This document shows, in pieces, positions 49,193-61,711 of a DNA stretch of 64,000 nt. Positions within the stretch are counted from its first letter, which is position 1. Each line of letters opens with the position of its first letter. Below the pieces are notes generated by a model that worked only from the letters and a program-made list of their open reading frames with translations, was not told the origin of the DNA and searched no databases. The translations under genes were made by a program, and so were the position numbers. Source of the stretch: Phoronis australis (lineage: Eukaryota > Animalia > Phoronida); assembly GCA_002633005.1 (NCBI GenBank), contig NMRA01000080.1:911202-975201 (forward strand). The letters run 5' to 3'.

Positions 49193-52100
49193 TATCGACT
49201 TGACAACACGCAAACACCTTTCATGCATCCACCTACATGTAGGTCATGACGTTGACCTGCATACATCGCTGACTATCTTGTTATAAAACAAACACAATCA
49301 CAATGACAATGTTACAGAAAGAGTCTCGTCGTGTACAGATAAGTTGTTGGTTGATTAATTTGCTTAGCTCAGTAGCTAAATCTAAAATGAGAGGTTATTC
49401 ACGTTATTCAGACCCCGGTCTTAAGGGTTTCTTACAGTATATTCGTGGCACGTGAATTTTTCATTTCCTCAATTTACTATTTTACTCCTCAAAGTAATAA
49501 CACTGCAACAATTTAAATTATTCGCACGTTTAAAACGAAACAAAAACAACCCGTAAGCACACGCATATGTATCAAAAACAGCATGAGGTGGCTAAGAGTG
49601 ATGCTATAGATATAATAAGGATTTCCCAAAATATGGTTTTACTCGCTTATGTTTTTCTTAATACGCAGTAATTGTGCCGAGACACTGCTCAAATGTGTTG
49701 TGTTCTTTAACGTCTGCTTAGGTTATAAAGGATCCGAGAAAAATGTTGCAATTTTGACCAAATTTTGAACATCACATCTCAGAAACGACTGACTGGAATC
49801 GCATGAAATTTTCGAATGTGACGCTTTACACTTTATTCTTTTAGGAATTGTGTTTAAAATGTTCCAATTTTGCATGAGTAGCTATTAAAAAGAGAATTTA
49901 TATGATTTTATGAAAATTTAAGTTGCATAAAACAAAAACGAAACGATTAGGTATTGATACTAATGAGATTATTTTGAGCACTGTCCCTCTTAGACGTGAG
50001 TGCTGAGAAAAATAAAAGGACCTTCGTGTTCCAGTACCTCTTGCTTTCGTAAAAAATGCAGTTTTTTGAAATGGAATTTTCATATTGTGAAACTTTTAGC
50101 TGGTAAGTCGCAGCAACACCCAATTGCTTAAATACTGGTTTGGAAAGCAGGTAACTTGGATACCACTCAAAGTATCATGTTTTCAACCGTAAATGTCCGT
50201 ATCTGTCCTTTTTCAGAAACCGAAAATTCCACCGGGGCACGTACATGTACCACCATGTTTGGCCGCTTTTGTACAACTGTAAAAGAGAACCTTTGGAATG
50301 TCCAATGACACGACCCCTCTGCTCGTATCAACTGTTTTCTATTTTACCTTGGTTAGTTTTAGCATGAACCTAGCTAATAGTGAGAGTGGACCTTTTCAAG
50401 CGCAGATCCAGGAATGTGTCCAGGGGTCAGAAAATGGATCGGCATGCACTGGAGGCAAAGGGTGAGATTATTAGTTCATTACTGTGTTCGAAAACTGACC
50501 AATCAGGGGTTTTGAGCCCTCTTTGGAACAAAACTTGCTTCTCTGAAATATAAAATAGCGGGGTTGTATTATTAACTCATCTGTACATTACAATTGATTT
50601 TTGAACCCTGTAATCCTATAATAGATTTTCATTGTTGCAACAACTTCCCATGGTCTCCTTCGTCACTGCTGTAGCAATACGAATATTTGTTTGTTTGGCA
50701 TCTTGCTCGATAATTGCACAACCGAGTAGCGCCATCTAGAGTCTTTTAATCTAACCGACAGTCACGGATTGACATAAAACTGTGTGAGTTGTGTAAAAAT
50801 GACTACACAAAGACAGCAGTAACAGATGGAAGCTACCTCGTGGTTCCAAAATTTTCGATATAGATTTGGGAGAGCGATAAAAATAAGTACAAATGGCCTT
50901 AAAATAAGCAGTGAAAATGCCATTTTTGTATTTTATTCTTTCCTCTTTCTTGCTATATCGTTATGTTTGCTATATCGTGAAACGATAATGTGTTGTCGCT
51001 GGCGAAAAGTCATTCACTTCCCAGTAACTTTTATTTGCGGTTTTTAAGGAAAAATACAAAATGGTTGTAAAAAGAGTTAAAAAGCTCAGAAAATCATCGA
51101 AAATCAGACTCCGGTTTCTTTTGTCAAGGCCAGCTGGTGTGCTAAGTTTCAAAAAGATCGGTGATTTTGCGTATTTGGTTTTTATATAGAATTGCTCTTA
51201 ATTAGTGACATAATGATACAAGGAATTACTACTTTCAGAAAATAATGCACTTTTGCCCCTGTGGTTTTGTAGATATTTGGCTAAATGTAGACACTTGTCG
51301 ATAATATCCTACACAGCCTGAAAAGGAAGGTTTTACTGGCAAAAATGCGCAAGTCATTTAAGTTCAAAGACAGACTGGGTTTGACTGATATTTTGATTTC
51401 AATTTTCAATAACTTAGTTGAGAATATCGTTGATAATGGAGTGCACAATGGATATCTTTGAACATGACCAAACGATATTTATTGATAATTCAACTTGCTT
51501 TGCCCAATAGTCAGACAATAAGCTACGAAGCGCCGAGAGTGTATGCCCTTGCCAAAACCAAAATTTGGCGTTAGCACATGTACATAACTAAGAACTTTTC
51601 ACAAAAGACAAACTGCCGTTAAACAGTGACGCCATGATTTAAACCTTAGACCCACTTCTAATCTTTCCTAGTCCAACAAAGCTTGATTTAATCAAGGTCG
51701 CTGGCCTTAGGGTAACCTTATCGTTACCAAAACGTCATATAACAACGCTTCTTTTGCGACATTAATATAGGAACGCCACCATTTTGATCACCTCAGGGCG
51801 TGGCTTCCTATATTAATATCCAAAAGGTACAGAAGTGTGGGTCCGTTTATACTAATTTGGAGTGCCTATCTTATACGGCCCTGCCTGAATGGGACCGAAG
51901 AGCGGTTCTCCCTTGGGGGCCCACCTGAAGGCGGCCAAAAAGCGATACCTGCTACATGTACATTAAATCCCAGGCAGAAGGCATTTTTTGACTCGTGACA
52001 TTACCCGGTCACATGATGTGACCATGTGATTCTGATGGGACGTCTAAAGTGTACTGTATGCATAAAACCTGCCTCAAATGCACTCTGAAAACATTAATAA

Positions 52101-53239
52101 GCACAAAGTTTTTGCAGCACATAACGGAGGCAGGACGTGTGGTTTCTCATTTCAGTTACAACCATTGGCCGCTAGCCAGAAGGTTTCAATAGGTGGAGCC
52201 AAAATTGGGAACCGATTAAGCAACCAACCGAGACGGGTGGTTCCATCACTCCACGGTTGTAATAATATACAGTTCATCATTTTTTGTCTCTAGAAATCTG
52301 TTTACTAAACAACATTTGTATCTTTTGAGTGATTTATTTGTCAAAATGATAACAAGTACATCAAAGAAAATATATCCTTGAGACAAAACATCACGTGTTC
52401 ACACACGACCACCCACCCTCCACACATACATCACATAACTTATAAAATCATGTTTGTTGCAGAGAAATAACAAGGGTTTTTCAAAACAATTTGAAGGGGT
52501 TGCATATTTCTTAGAATAAATCGATTGTACAGGTAATACTTAATTTTGTATAAAGGGCATCGTCTGGTCTCAAAAGCTTTCGTAAATAAAATATTGACGA
52601 ATTGAGGGATGTCCGGTATAGGAGTTTCACTCTTCATTAAACAATTTCTGGAAATAGTGGATTAATAACTACTTATTTATGACGTAATTTGCTAATGATC
52701 TTTTATAAACTGCCCTTCTTTAGTGTTAAGGATAGTATACTTATACAGTTGTTTTTAATTTCTCGTCTTTAATGAAGCGAAAATAAGATTGAGCTAGTTT
52801 CTCTCACCTCAGTGAACTGGATCTCTATTTATCATTTGCCTATGAACTCTGAGATTTTGTACTAATTGCAGATCACTTTTTGAACTTTCCTTATTCTGAA
52901 CAATTCCCCGCCAGTTTAACCTTTATTTAACTTTCCTATGAAGTTATTAGCAAGTTCAATCATTAATTTTCTTCTCCAGTTTTTGTAGCATATCTTTTGT
53001 CTTCGAAATATCGACAGGAGATCGTCTACGCGTGGTTGCTCGATTTGACTGCGCCAGTAAAATTTCTTTACACACATTACATAAACAGATGAAGTAGCCA
53101 ACGCAGACTGACACGAAGACCTTGCTTTCTTTATAGGCGGTCACGTCCATAGCTTTATTTGCTAATTTAAACGTTCCTGTACGCATTCTGAGTAACACTA
53201 ATTGTTTGTTGAAGATATGCACGTTACCCATGCAAGCTC

Positions 53240-54163
53240 ACACTTTGAACAAAGCAGGTGAGACCATGGCCTCATTGTGCGTCTCCGTGGCTACCACACA
53301 GTCTTCATCAAGGATGGTTGCACCGTTTTCCAGTTCAGGAGCATGTCGTAGTTAGCCTGAAGAAAAAAATTAATGAAACATGTTTCATCTTTATTGAAAA
53401 CCGCGAATTCTCCCTTTGTCTATGGAAGGTTTTAAATTTTGTTTTCACCCACTTCCTCCTTTGGGTAACCGTCAGGTGCTACACGGGATGACAGATAAGC
53501 GTATGACTGGATACCGCATCAGTTTCTACACTACAGTCGCAATTTTGAGTTACTTCAAGTTCTGAGCTAGTGCAACGCCAGTGTTAAGAGACAAACACCA
53601 GTTTTAATACCAACACCGCGCCAATCTCTAACTGATCATAATGACTCATCTGGAAAGAAGTCAGACCTGAAGTACCTACGGTTCTAATTCCCAATAAAGG
53701 CGTAGTTTCGAACGTAGGCAAATGGGCCTTAACACTCGCATATACGGTAGAGGCAAAATTGTACTTATCCGTCATTTAATTTCGAAAAAATGGTGAGATT
53801 TTAAAAATCCCACAGTAATTTCTTTCGCAGAAATTGTCAATACAAAACTAGCGTTTTATAGGCTTGGTACATCAGTGACGCTCGTTTTTTCCTGCGAGTT
53901 TACTAAAATAACTTTTCAATTTGTTAGTATTCTAATATCGAACATGGCATTAAATTCGTAAAGGTGTGAAAATGGTAAATACATATGTGAGCTAAAGAGT
54001 CAGAATATCGGTCATTCGGACAATCGGCCCTTCGGACGATCAAACCCACCTCCGACAGTTTGTGTGTGCTACACGGTACACTTCGATCGCGAAGAAATAT
54101 TTTGAGCCTCGGAATGTCCAAGTTTAAATCATTCAATAACACGCCATGTACCATATACGCCAT
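53240..54163 (-). pseudogene. degraded SAP-like-domain gene, probably transposon-derived
   Basis: MAYMVHGVLLNDLNLDIPRLKIFLRDRSVPCSTHKLSE (54163-54050) resembles a SAP helix-loop-helix. Stop-ridden downstream fragments (ASLMYQAYK; TILDEDCVV..ALFKV) weakly resemble SAP-SWIM proteins. Confidence 0.3.
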
Positions 54164-55361
54164 TCCATCTCTGACAGGTGGAGCCGTCCTTGTGAGTAAC
54201 TTACGAAGTGCTATCAACATTAAGGTATATGGTACTGGACACTAAAAAAGGTCGAGGTTGTGCAAAGGCAATTAATCTGCCTCTCAATTTTACTTTGATT
54301 TAAAGACTTAATTACTTTTTGATCAACTATTTAATAACTAAAAGCAATATTCTTGTCAATAAACAATATAGCTATCATTTGGGTACATTTGTTTGGGACA
54401 CACTGTAGTTAGGGAGTTACTTCAGGTTGTAAAACTTGACTAAAGCACTTTGCCACTTGGAGTTCAGATGATAGAGATCTTGCCAAGTTTCAGCCCGTAT
54501 CAATGTTTACTGGAGTGCCATCAACCCTCACCATTTCAGTTTTTATTGTCAGAAAATCATCCATGAATCAGCCGATTTTGGTAGATGTATAAATACGTAA
54601 ATCAGAAAAGAACGAGCCTGAAATAGTTAATTCCAAAATGGTGCAAGTACACACAGTCTGTAACCTAAGTTACCTGCTCATTTGAGAAAAACTCAAAATC
54701 TTAGGATTGTGGCAATGTTTTTACGTCTCAAAGTGCTTAGGTTGAGAATTCATGATAAACAGCGGTGGAATGGTTATTTGAAATAGCCTACACCATAATA
54801 GCTATGACATATTTGGTGTGAAATTTGCCAGTTTTCTTCTAAGCTCTTTTAATTTGGAATAGAAAAAAAATAAAGAAAAAGATTCCACCATCAAAAACAA
54901 GGTGTAAATTGTTCGAAAGCTGCATTGATGAATAAGTGTTATTATTTGGGGACGGGCACCAAACAAGGACACGCTGAACTCTTAATTAAAAACTTGTTCC
55001 TGTTCTTATTTATAACTTACATCTTGATTCATTGCATATCCACACGGGGCTGAGTAGGCCATACCGAAATCATGGCCAACATGTTCAAAGTAGAATAAAC
55101 GACATTGTCAACATGTTGGCATACTTCCTTGGTTTTACGTAACAGGCCACATTCGCATTCATGTTCCTCCACAAAAAATGAACCTTAATCCGTGCAATGA
55201 ATTTTTTGAGGAAAGTTCATCGTTGCTTTTAAAGAAAATTTCACTGTCCCATATATTGTGTTGACCATATACTTCACAACAGAACGCATGACGACGAACT
55301 CATACATGTATGTTCATAAAACTCAGGCACTGAATACAGACAAAACTTAATAGCACAGGGA

Positions 55362-55650
55362 AGAGTTCAGAAACGCTAGGACCTCGCTAAACTCTAGCAG
55401 AAATCAGATATTCTCTTAAAATGCATGGCAACATCTCACGTAATCTCGTGAAGTCTTGCTTTTTCGGGAGTTCCTAGCGTTACTGAACTCTGCCTTCCAT
55501 TGGGTTCAGTAACGCTATGACCTACGCTAGGACCTCGCTAAAATTCAGCCAAAATCACGAGTTCTCATTTGAAATGCACAACAATATCTCACGTAATATC
55601 CCGAAGTCTTGCCTTTTAGCGAGGACCTACATGTAGCGTTACTGAACTCT
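55362..55650 (+). mobile_element. two tandem copies of palindromic MITE family C
   Basis: 55362-55491 and about 55504-55650, each GTTCAG.AACGCTA...TAGCGTTACTGAACTCT with an internal CTCACGTAAT.TC..GAAGTCTTGC. Confidence 0.78.
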
Positions 55651-56867
55651 ATCCAGGTATAGTATGCCGGATTTATTTTGCAGACAAGCTGGGCGTATAA
55701 TCGGATAATATCAGTTCAGGTGCCAAAATTCAAGTGATAATTTTGGTTATCCCATTATTCAAACCCAGAATAAGATAAGGTGGTGAAAACCTTTAAAACA
55801 ATTGAAAAGGTGGAGATGTGTATTGGATTTAGAAAAAGCAAGATAAGATACCCGCCCTTGTTGCCATAAACTTGAAGTCATTCCACTGGTATGGACAGTA
55901 CAGAGTAGGAACTGAAGTGAACAAGATTTGAACTATATTACACCAAAGAACACGGCCACGCAGTAGGCAAAGACCTCCTCCCGCAGACTGGTCAAAACAT
56001 AGGTGAGTTGAACGATACTGTGACAGTGTTATTTTTTTTCCTAAATAACATTCAAGAATGGATGGACTCACAGGATTTATTATCTCTGCGGCGAAGGATG
56101 TTACAGGTGTGTCTCCGATGAGTTGCCAGCAGTCACTGGTATTATTTAAGTTTAAGTTCTCATGCACGCGACCAAAACGTCATGAACATTGTATTTCTTT
56201 TTCATTCAAAAGCACGCAAAAAGCCTAGACGCTAGTAAGGATGATACTTTTGAATGATCTGCGCAATTGGCGATTGAAAGTAATTTGAAATTGGAGGGTC
56301 AGAATTGACGAATAATAAGGCTTGAGTTTAAATTAAAACGATTTTTGTATGTTAAACATGAAGACGACTTATGATCTTTGATCCGCTTACGAAACAAGAA
56401 AACAAAACTGTGTGTCCTTTAATTGCAAATATCTAACCAATGAGCTAAATGAGAACAATAATCAGGTGTCGTAAACACCAGAAGCAATTGGCGATCAAAT
56501 GCTAATGACGTCAACTTGATCATTTTAGAAAAACTTGTCTATGAGTTCATTGGCCCACGTAGCCTCAAATCGATGAGCCAATTTTTTGACATTATTCGAA
56601 TGTCTGCCTTTTTCTAATTGATTTCGGATTTCAGTATGCGTGATTTCAATCGTCTGCTACATCGCGGCCATTTTCCTCAAAGGCCAACTGCGTTGAAATT
56701 TAACTAAACACATAAGATCACCGTGAGAACAAGCACTTTCGCAACATGCTAGACCCATATCTGTAAAATTGTTACTCTGCATTAGATTCTGAATGCAATA
56801 CGTATTATTCAAAACAAAATCATGCAATATTGTGGTAGGTTTGGCGCGCTCGTTGGTCCTGAGTTAA

Positions 56868-57627
56868 GGTTATCTCAAACCTTATTTAATGATCTTCATT
56901 CTAACTTTTAATCAAAAACAGGCTATGTCAACGAGTATGCATTCAGAAAGGTAAAAATGAGAGATTATAAAACGTGTTTTGTATTTATGTGCCGTTATTA
57001 TTAGTAGTTTCCACGTTTTAAGTCAAAATTTCGTTTTAAGAAATGTACACCCATAGCAAAATAACCCTATGGTCGATTTTAACGAAATCATTTTCTTAAT
57101 GAAAATTTAATCTTTTAACCTAAAAACGTTGCTAAGAATTTCCGATTACCCATTTTTAGTTTTGTTTTTCAACTCCCACAATGATGTAAAGTATTTTTGT
57201 AAAAACCTAGCATCGTGAGTCGTACGTGTACTATTCTATCTCACGGTACGCAGAAACTGGGCATTTAAAATGAAAAGCCGAACACCGTTTTTGAGATTGG
57301 CGAATAAATATGTGAAATTCGCAAAGCCGTTTTCGAGAACTCGTGTTCCTAACTTCTAATGCAGTCGATTTGCCGAGTCCGAGAAAAAGCGGAAGAAGTA
57401 GGGAGTCTATGACTGGCGGGAGATTGGATTTGAGTGATAGCCTTCTGACCTTTGACCTCAGATAAATAGTAAACAAATTTCCGTGCTGTTGGAGGTGGTT
57501 TTGCTAATTTTTTGTCTCACTTCACGGCAAATATTTCGTATTTGACGTTCCCTAGAATGAAACTTTTGTATTTTGTTATGTTAAATATTGACAAAACGTC
57601 CATTTTTGAATAAGGTTTGAGACATTC
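56868..57627. mobile_element. non-autonomous TTAA-target DNA transposon (Kolobok-like)
   Basis: TTAA|GGTTATCTCAAACCTTATTTAA ... TTGAATAAGGTTTGAGACATTC|TTAA: imperfect TIRs with TTAA on both sides. Confidence 0.65.
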
Positions 57628-58600
57628 TTAAGCAATAATGGATCTTTATAAGCCAATGACGCTGAGCGCGCTCCTAAGCTTATCTCTGAACTATGTTCAG
57701 CGCAATTGTGAACTGTGTCCAAACATCAATTGTCCTTTTATCTGATATCCTATCTTTAGTCTACAAAACATTTCTGTTTTGACACAAAATGAAACTAAAT
57801 TCTACGTCGAGTATCTTACACTTTTGAACTTTGATTGGCGCACTTCATAGCATCTTATACGTTTTTGCATTAGTTTTTCCCGTTGCGAATATTTGTTAAT
57901 TTTTTCATTGGGTATCTTGCAGACGGCGAATTTGGTATACGTCACTGAAAATGATAGTAGTCCAGAGTTAGAGATGGTGGAAAATTTGAAAGAAAACTCC
58001 ATGTCCGCGGAGACTGGTGAAACTGACGTATATGATAGCAACTGTATTATGTCGACTACACAGCCCTCCTCAACAACAACGGAAGAACTAAGCGGAAACA
58101 TCGACGCTGATAACAACGATGAGACAGAAAATGATAGTATGATTTCTGCCTTCCGTCATTTCACCTCATTTGGACATTACTTTAAAGCCTAACTCCAACG
58201 CAATTTTGTTATTGGGTTAACCAGATAGTCTTAGCAAAGCCTTAGAAAAATAAGAAAACGCGAGTCAGTTCAATCACCCAAATGTAAGCCCGTCAAATGA
58301 TACGTGAAGCTATGTTGCATCACTTCGAGATCACAGCACAAACAACGGAAGGTTGTATTGAATAGAGGTCTGAATAGAACACCATTGCGTGCGGGTGTTA
58401 TTAGCAGCTGTTTAAAGTAAAAAGGTGATTCTCACTGTGACGTAAACAAAAACAAGCCAATACGCCTGACATTTGACAATTTATGGTACTAGTGGGCTCA
58501 AAGCAATGCTCTTAACATACTGTAGGAACCAAATTTTTAGGTGTTACTGTTGAATACAGGCTTTTAGCGAGTACCGAATTTTTAAACGGAGACCTTATAA

Positions 58601-59803
58601 AGGCAAAGGCAACCTTTTCTCATGTCAGTTTTAGCTAAATTAAGGTTCTTTGATTATCTCAGACATATTTTTCACTTATTTACAGCTTTTCGCAATTTAA
58701 TTCATTTCTCGTCCTCTACTCTGGAAGTGACGTTTTTGGGATGCAAGAAATTCGCGCCAATTTCTTTCCATATAGTCTGACTGTGAGAGCTGCCGAGTCA
58801 GTAATTGTTCTATCTCGGTTGTGATAAGTTCGGTTGTCGTTTGCTTTTCTTTACGAGTCAGTCAACATGCCACGTTGTTGTTGCGTACTGGGATGTACTC
58901 ATTATCGCCTCACGTACAGAGGAACAACTGTCCCTCTTGCCCGAGTGCCCGCGACACACTCCCACTGGATGGTGACCTGAGCATCCAAACTGCTTACATA
59001 CCGCCGTGTGACTGACTCTCTCGCCACACACCTGGCACCTTCTAAATAGCTCCAATACTGTAGACAAGTCCACAATAAACTTATCAAACTTCGGCTCACC
59101 GATCTGTTCATTGGATGACGAACTGTCCTCTTCACTGGGTGTCGAACTGGGCCTGTATTCACTCCGACTACTCAACATCGCAGCAGTGCTGCTTGCAGGC
59201 TCTGGACTAGAGACAACAGCACAGGGCGAATCACTGCTAGTGCCCGGAATTGCACGCTCTGGGGAACGACGGTATGGCACCCTTCTTCAGGCGTTGTGTC
59301 GCAGAGACCTTCATCAATTCAGCGTACATATCTCTCTCGTAATCTGACGGCAGAAAATGCTTGCCACACACTCGGTAACGCTCCACTGCTTTGTACGTTT
59401 CGTGGAAGGGTAGCACTGCGTTCTTCACACGAACGAGCTAGCCAAGTACGGCGAAGTGTGTCATCCTTCGGAAAGCGATGCAAGGTACCCCGGCGCACGT
59501 GAGACGATACACATGAGTACATCCCGGTACGCAGAAAGAGCGTGGCATGTTGACTGACTAGTAAACAAAAGCAAACGACTACCGAACTTATCACAACCGA
59601 GGTAGAACAATGACTGACTCGACAGCACTCACAGTCAGACTATATGAAAAGAAACTGGCGCGAAATTCTTACCTCCCAAAACGTCGCTTCCGGAGTAATT
59701 AATTAAATTACGAAGAGCTGTAAATAAGTGAAAAATACGTCTGGGATAATCAACGAACCTTATTTTAGCTAAAAATGACACTGAAAAATGGTTGCCTTCG
59801 CCT
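58601..59803 (-). mobile_element. Kolobok-type DNA transposon derivative with ~300-bp inverted arms
   Basis: ATAA|AGGCAAAGGCAACC ... GGTTGCCTTCGCCT|TTAA. The arms 58601-58902 and about 59513-59803 are reverse complements, and the interior encodes a THAP remnant. Confidence 0.8.
58903..59548 (-). pseudogene. frameshifted THAP-domain transposase N-terminus
   Basis: MPRSFCVPGCTH / LHRFPKDDTLRRTWL / RVCGKHFLPSDYE...RLKKGAIPS (THAP C2CH), then KFIVDLSTVLELFRRCQVCG / VTIQWEC..GH. These are spread over different frames, and no DDE core is present. Confidence 0.8.
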
Positions 59804-61638
59804 TTAAGAAACACTGAGAGCTGATCTGCGATGTACACACTGGGATTAGTCATTGTGGATTAATGTGACGCACCTCTTTTTAATGCAATTCCCTGCGCGC
59901 AATTTTCCAATATTAGGTTTGAGAAATAACAATAAAATGGACGGTTTTATGACGTATATCTTTGCCTGTTGAGGGTCTGTATGTTAACTTTGGTAACAGA
60001 AAACAAGTACAGTCGTGGTTGTAAACATGCTTAGTCTGGTTTGCACGCCACCTGTTGGCCACATGAAGTGAGTCGTAGGGTAGCGCCACTGGTCAACAAA
60101 GTAGTTTGGGTAATATTTTGGAATTCATTGTGGCAATGGCGTTTATGACTGACGACGTGTTATTGAATGAGCTAAACTTGTTGGACATTCCCTTTTCGAA
60201 GTCGAAGAGACAATTTTAGTCAAATGTTGTTGTACAAGTGAGATCTACAGAAGACATTGAATTTTCAAGAATTGCTACCGAAATTGCACAAATGGTTTTA
60301 CCTCGTCTGTGGCCATAGAAACGTAACCTAGTGTAAACAAGGACAGCATTTTCAGACACGTGTCTTCAGGTAGAACATCTTGTAAAATACTTTGACTAAA
60401 TTTCACAACTCAAAAGGCTATCTGTGGTACTGTAGCTGCAAGGCGTAATGAAACAAACGAACACAGAAAAGGTCAGGTGTTGAAAGCAGTCAGCTTGTGT
60501 TGGAATATCACTATGCTCCACGCAAATCTCTCTTCCTCTACACTACTTCAAAACATCACCGCTGACGAAAAAGTTTTGAACACGTGCTGACCCAGCTTGT
60601 ATTTGAATGAGCCACGTTTGGAAATGAGGGCAGTTGTCTCTCCATGTTTTCAATCACTCAGAGCATGGGGGCTGTAATTATTGGTGTGGAAAACAAAGGA
60701 GATTCAGGTTCCTTGAAATTATGGCCACGTGCACAATACAGGTAAAGTGCATAGTAGTAATGACGGTACAATATTTTAATTTTCTTCAGAAACCAGTTGC
60801 TTTCGACCAGTCTGTCGAGGGCAGAAACCGTGTGTGAGAACTGCTGTTTTCTGACCGGTGCGGCCGTTCGTGTACAGTGTCTGTTCTCACAAAATGCAGT
60901 TTGCACTAAATACTCTCGAAAACCATTTCGTGAAATCCAGGATATTATTTTTGTGTTCATTATTATGTATGATTCCTTTGCCAATTTCAATCATGATCAG
61001 CCGCAAATTAAAAAAATAATAATTCACGCGCATAATTTATTATTCAAATAGAAATATTTGAACTGACACACTAAACTGTTGATGAGCAATCACAGGAAAG
61101 TTATACTCGTGAATATTGCATGTAAACTGGTTAACGTTTCAGGCTCAATCCTCCCACGTATCGGTTAAATTATATATTTGATTTTCTTCCTTTAGATCAA
61201 AATTGTCAATCTGTTGCAGAGGACTTTCGTTTAAATGAAGAATGCCCGGCATCATCATCGCGAAACGACAACCTTGATAGCAGTTGCACACCGTTTGCTG
61301 TTGTGCAGATAGGAAATGAGAATGAAGTTCATCTTTCTCTGTCGGGGAACAATGGACTAGGGACGACAAGCAATGCAAGCGAAGTGCCAGGTAAATATGA
61401 GACACTAAACTTTTGGTCATATGTCAGTACATTCCACTAATTCATGACGAGTGCATTCTATCGCACTCGTCTATAAAGCGAAATAACTCCTGTAATCCTC
61501 GCTGATAGCGCTGCTCAGATTACAGTACATGTACATTGACAGATTTCGAATCAATACAACGTATTATTTTGAGAATGCGTTCTGTGGAGTCCTATATCGG
61601 TGCACTAGCAATCGCCGCTGTAATAAAGCACACTGCCG

Positions 61639-61711
61639 CATAGACGGTGCAGCACTGAAAAAAGTAGGAGACTATAGCCCATCCAGTCCCATGTGGTGAG
61701 CCGACCATATG
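61639..61711 (+). mobile_element. MITE family A, degenerate monomer
   Basis: CATAGACGGTGCAGCACTGAAAAAAGTAGGAGACTATAGCCC...; no TSD seen. Confidence 0.6.

Noticed and set aside
50250-54163. Upstream segments as extra coding exons of the STAND gene
   Set aside because: They could not be joined convincingly in frame. ATG 49192 has a good context and an upstream in-frame stop. Non-coding 5' exons remain possible.
54383-54406. Tc1/mariner-like terminus (TACAGTGTGTCCCAAACAAATGTAC on the minus strand)
   Set aside because: No partner TIR was found in the window.
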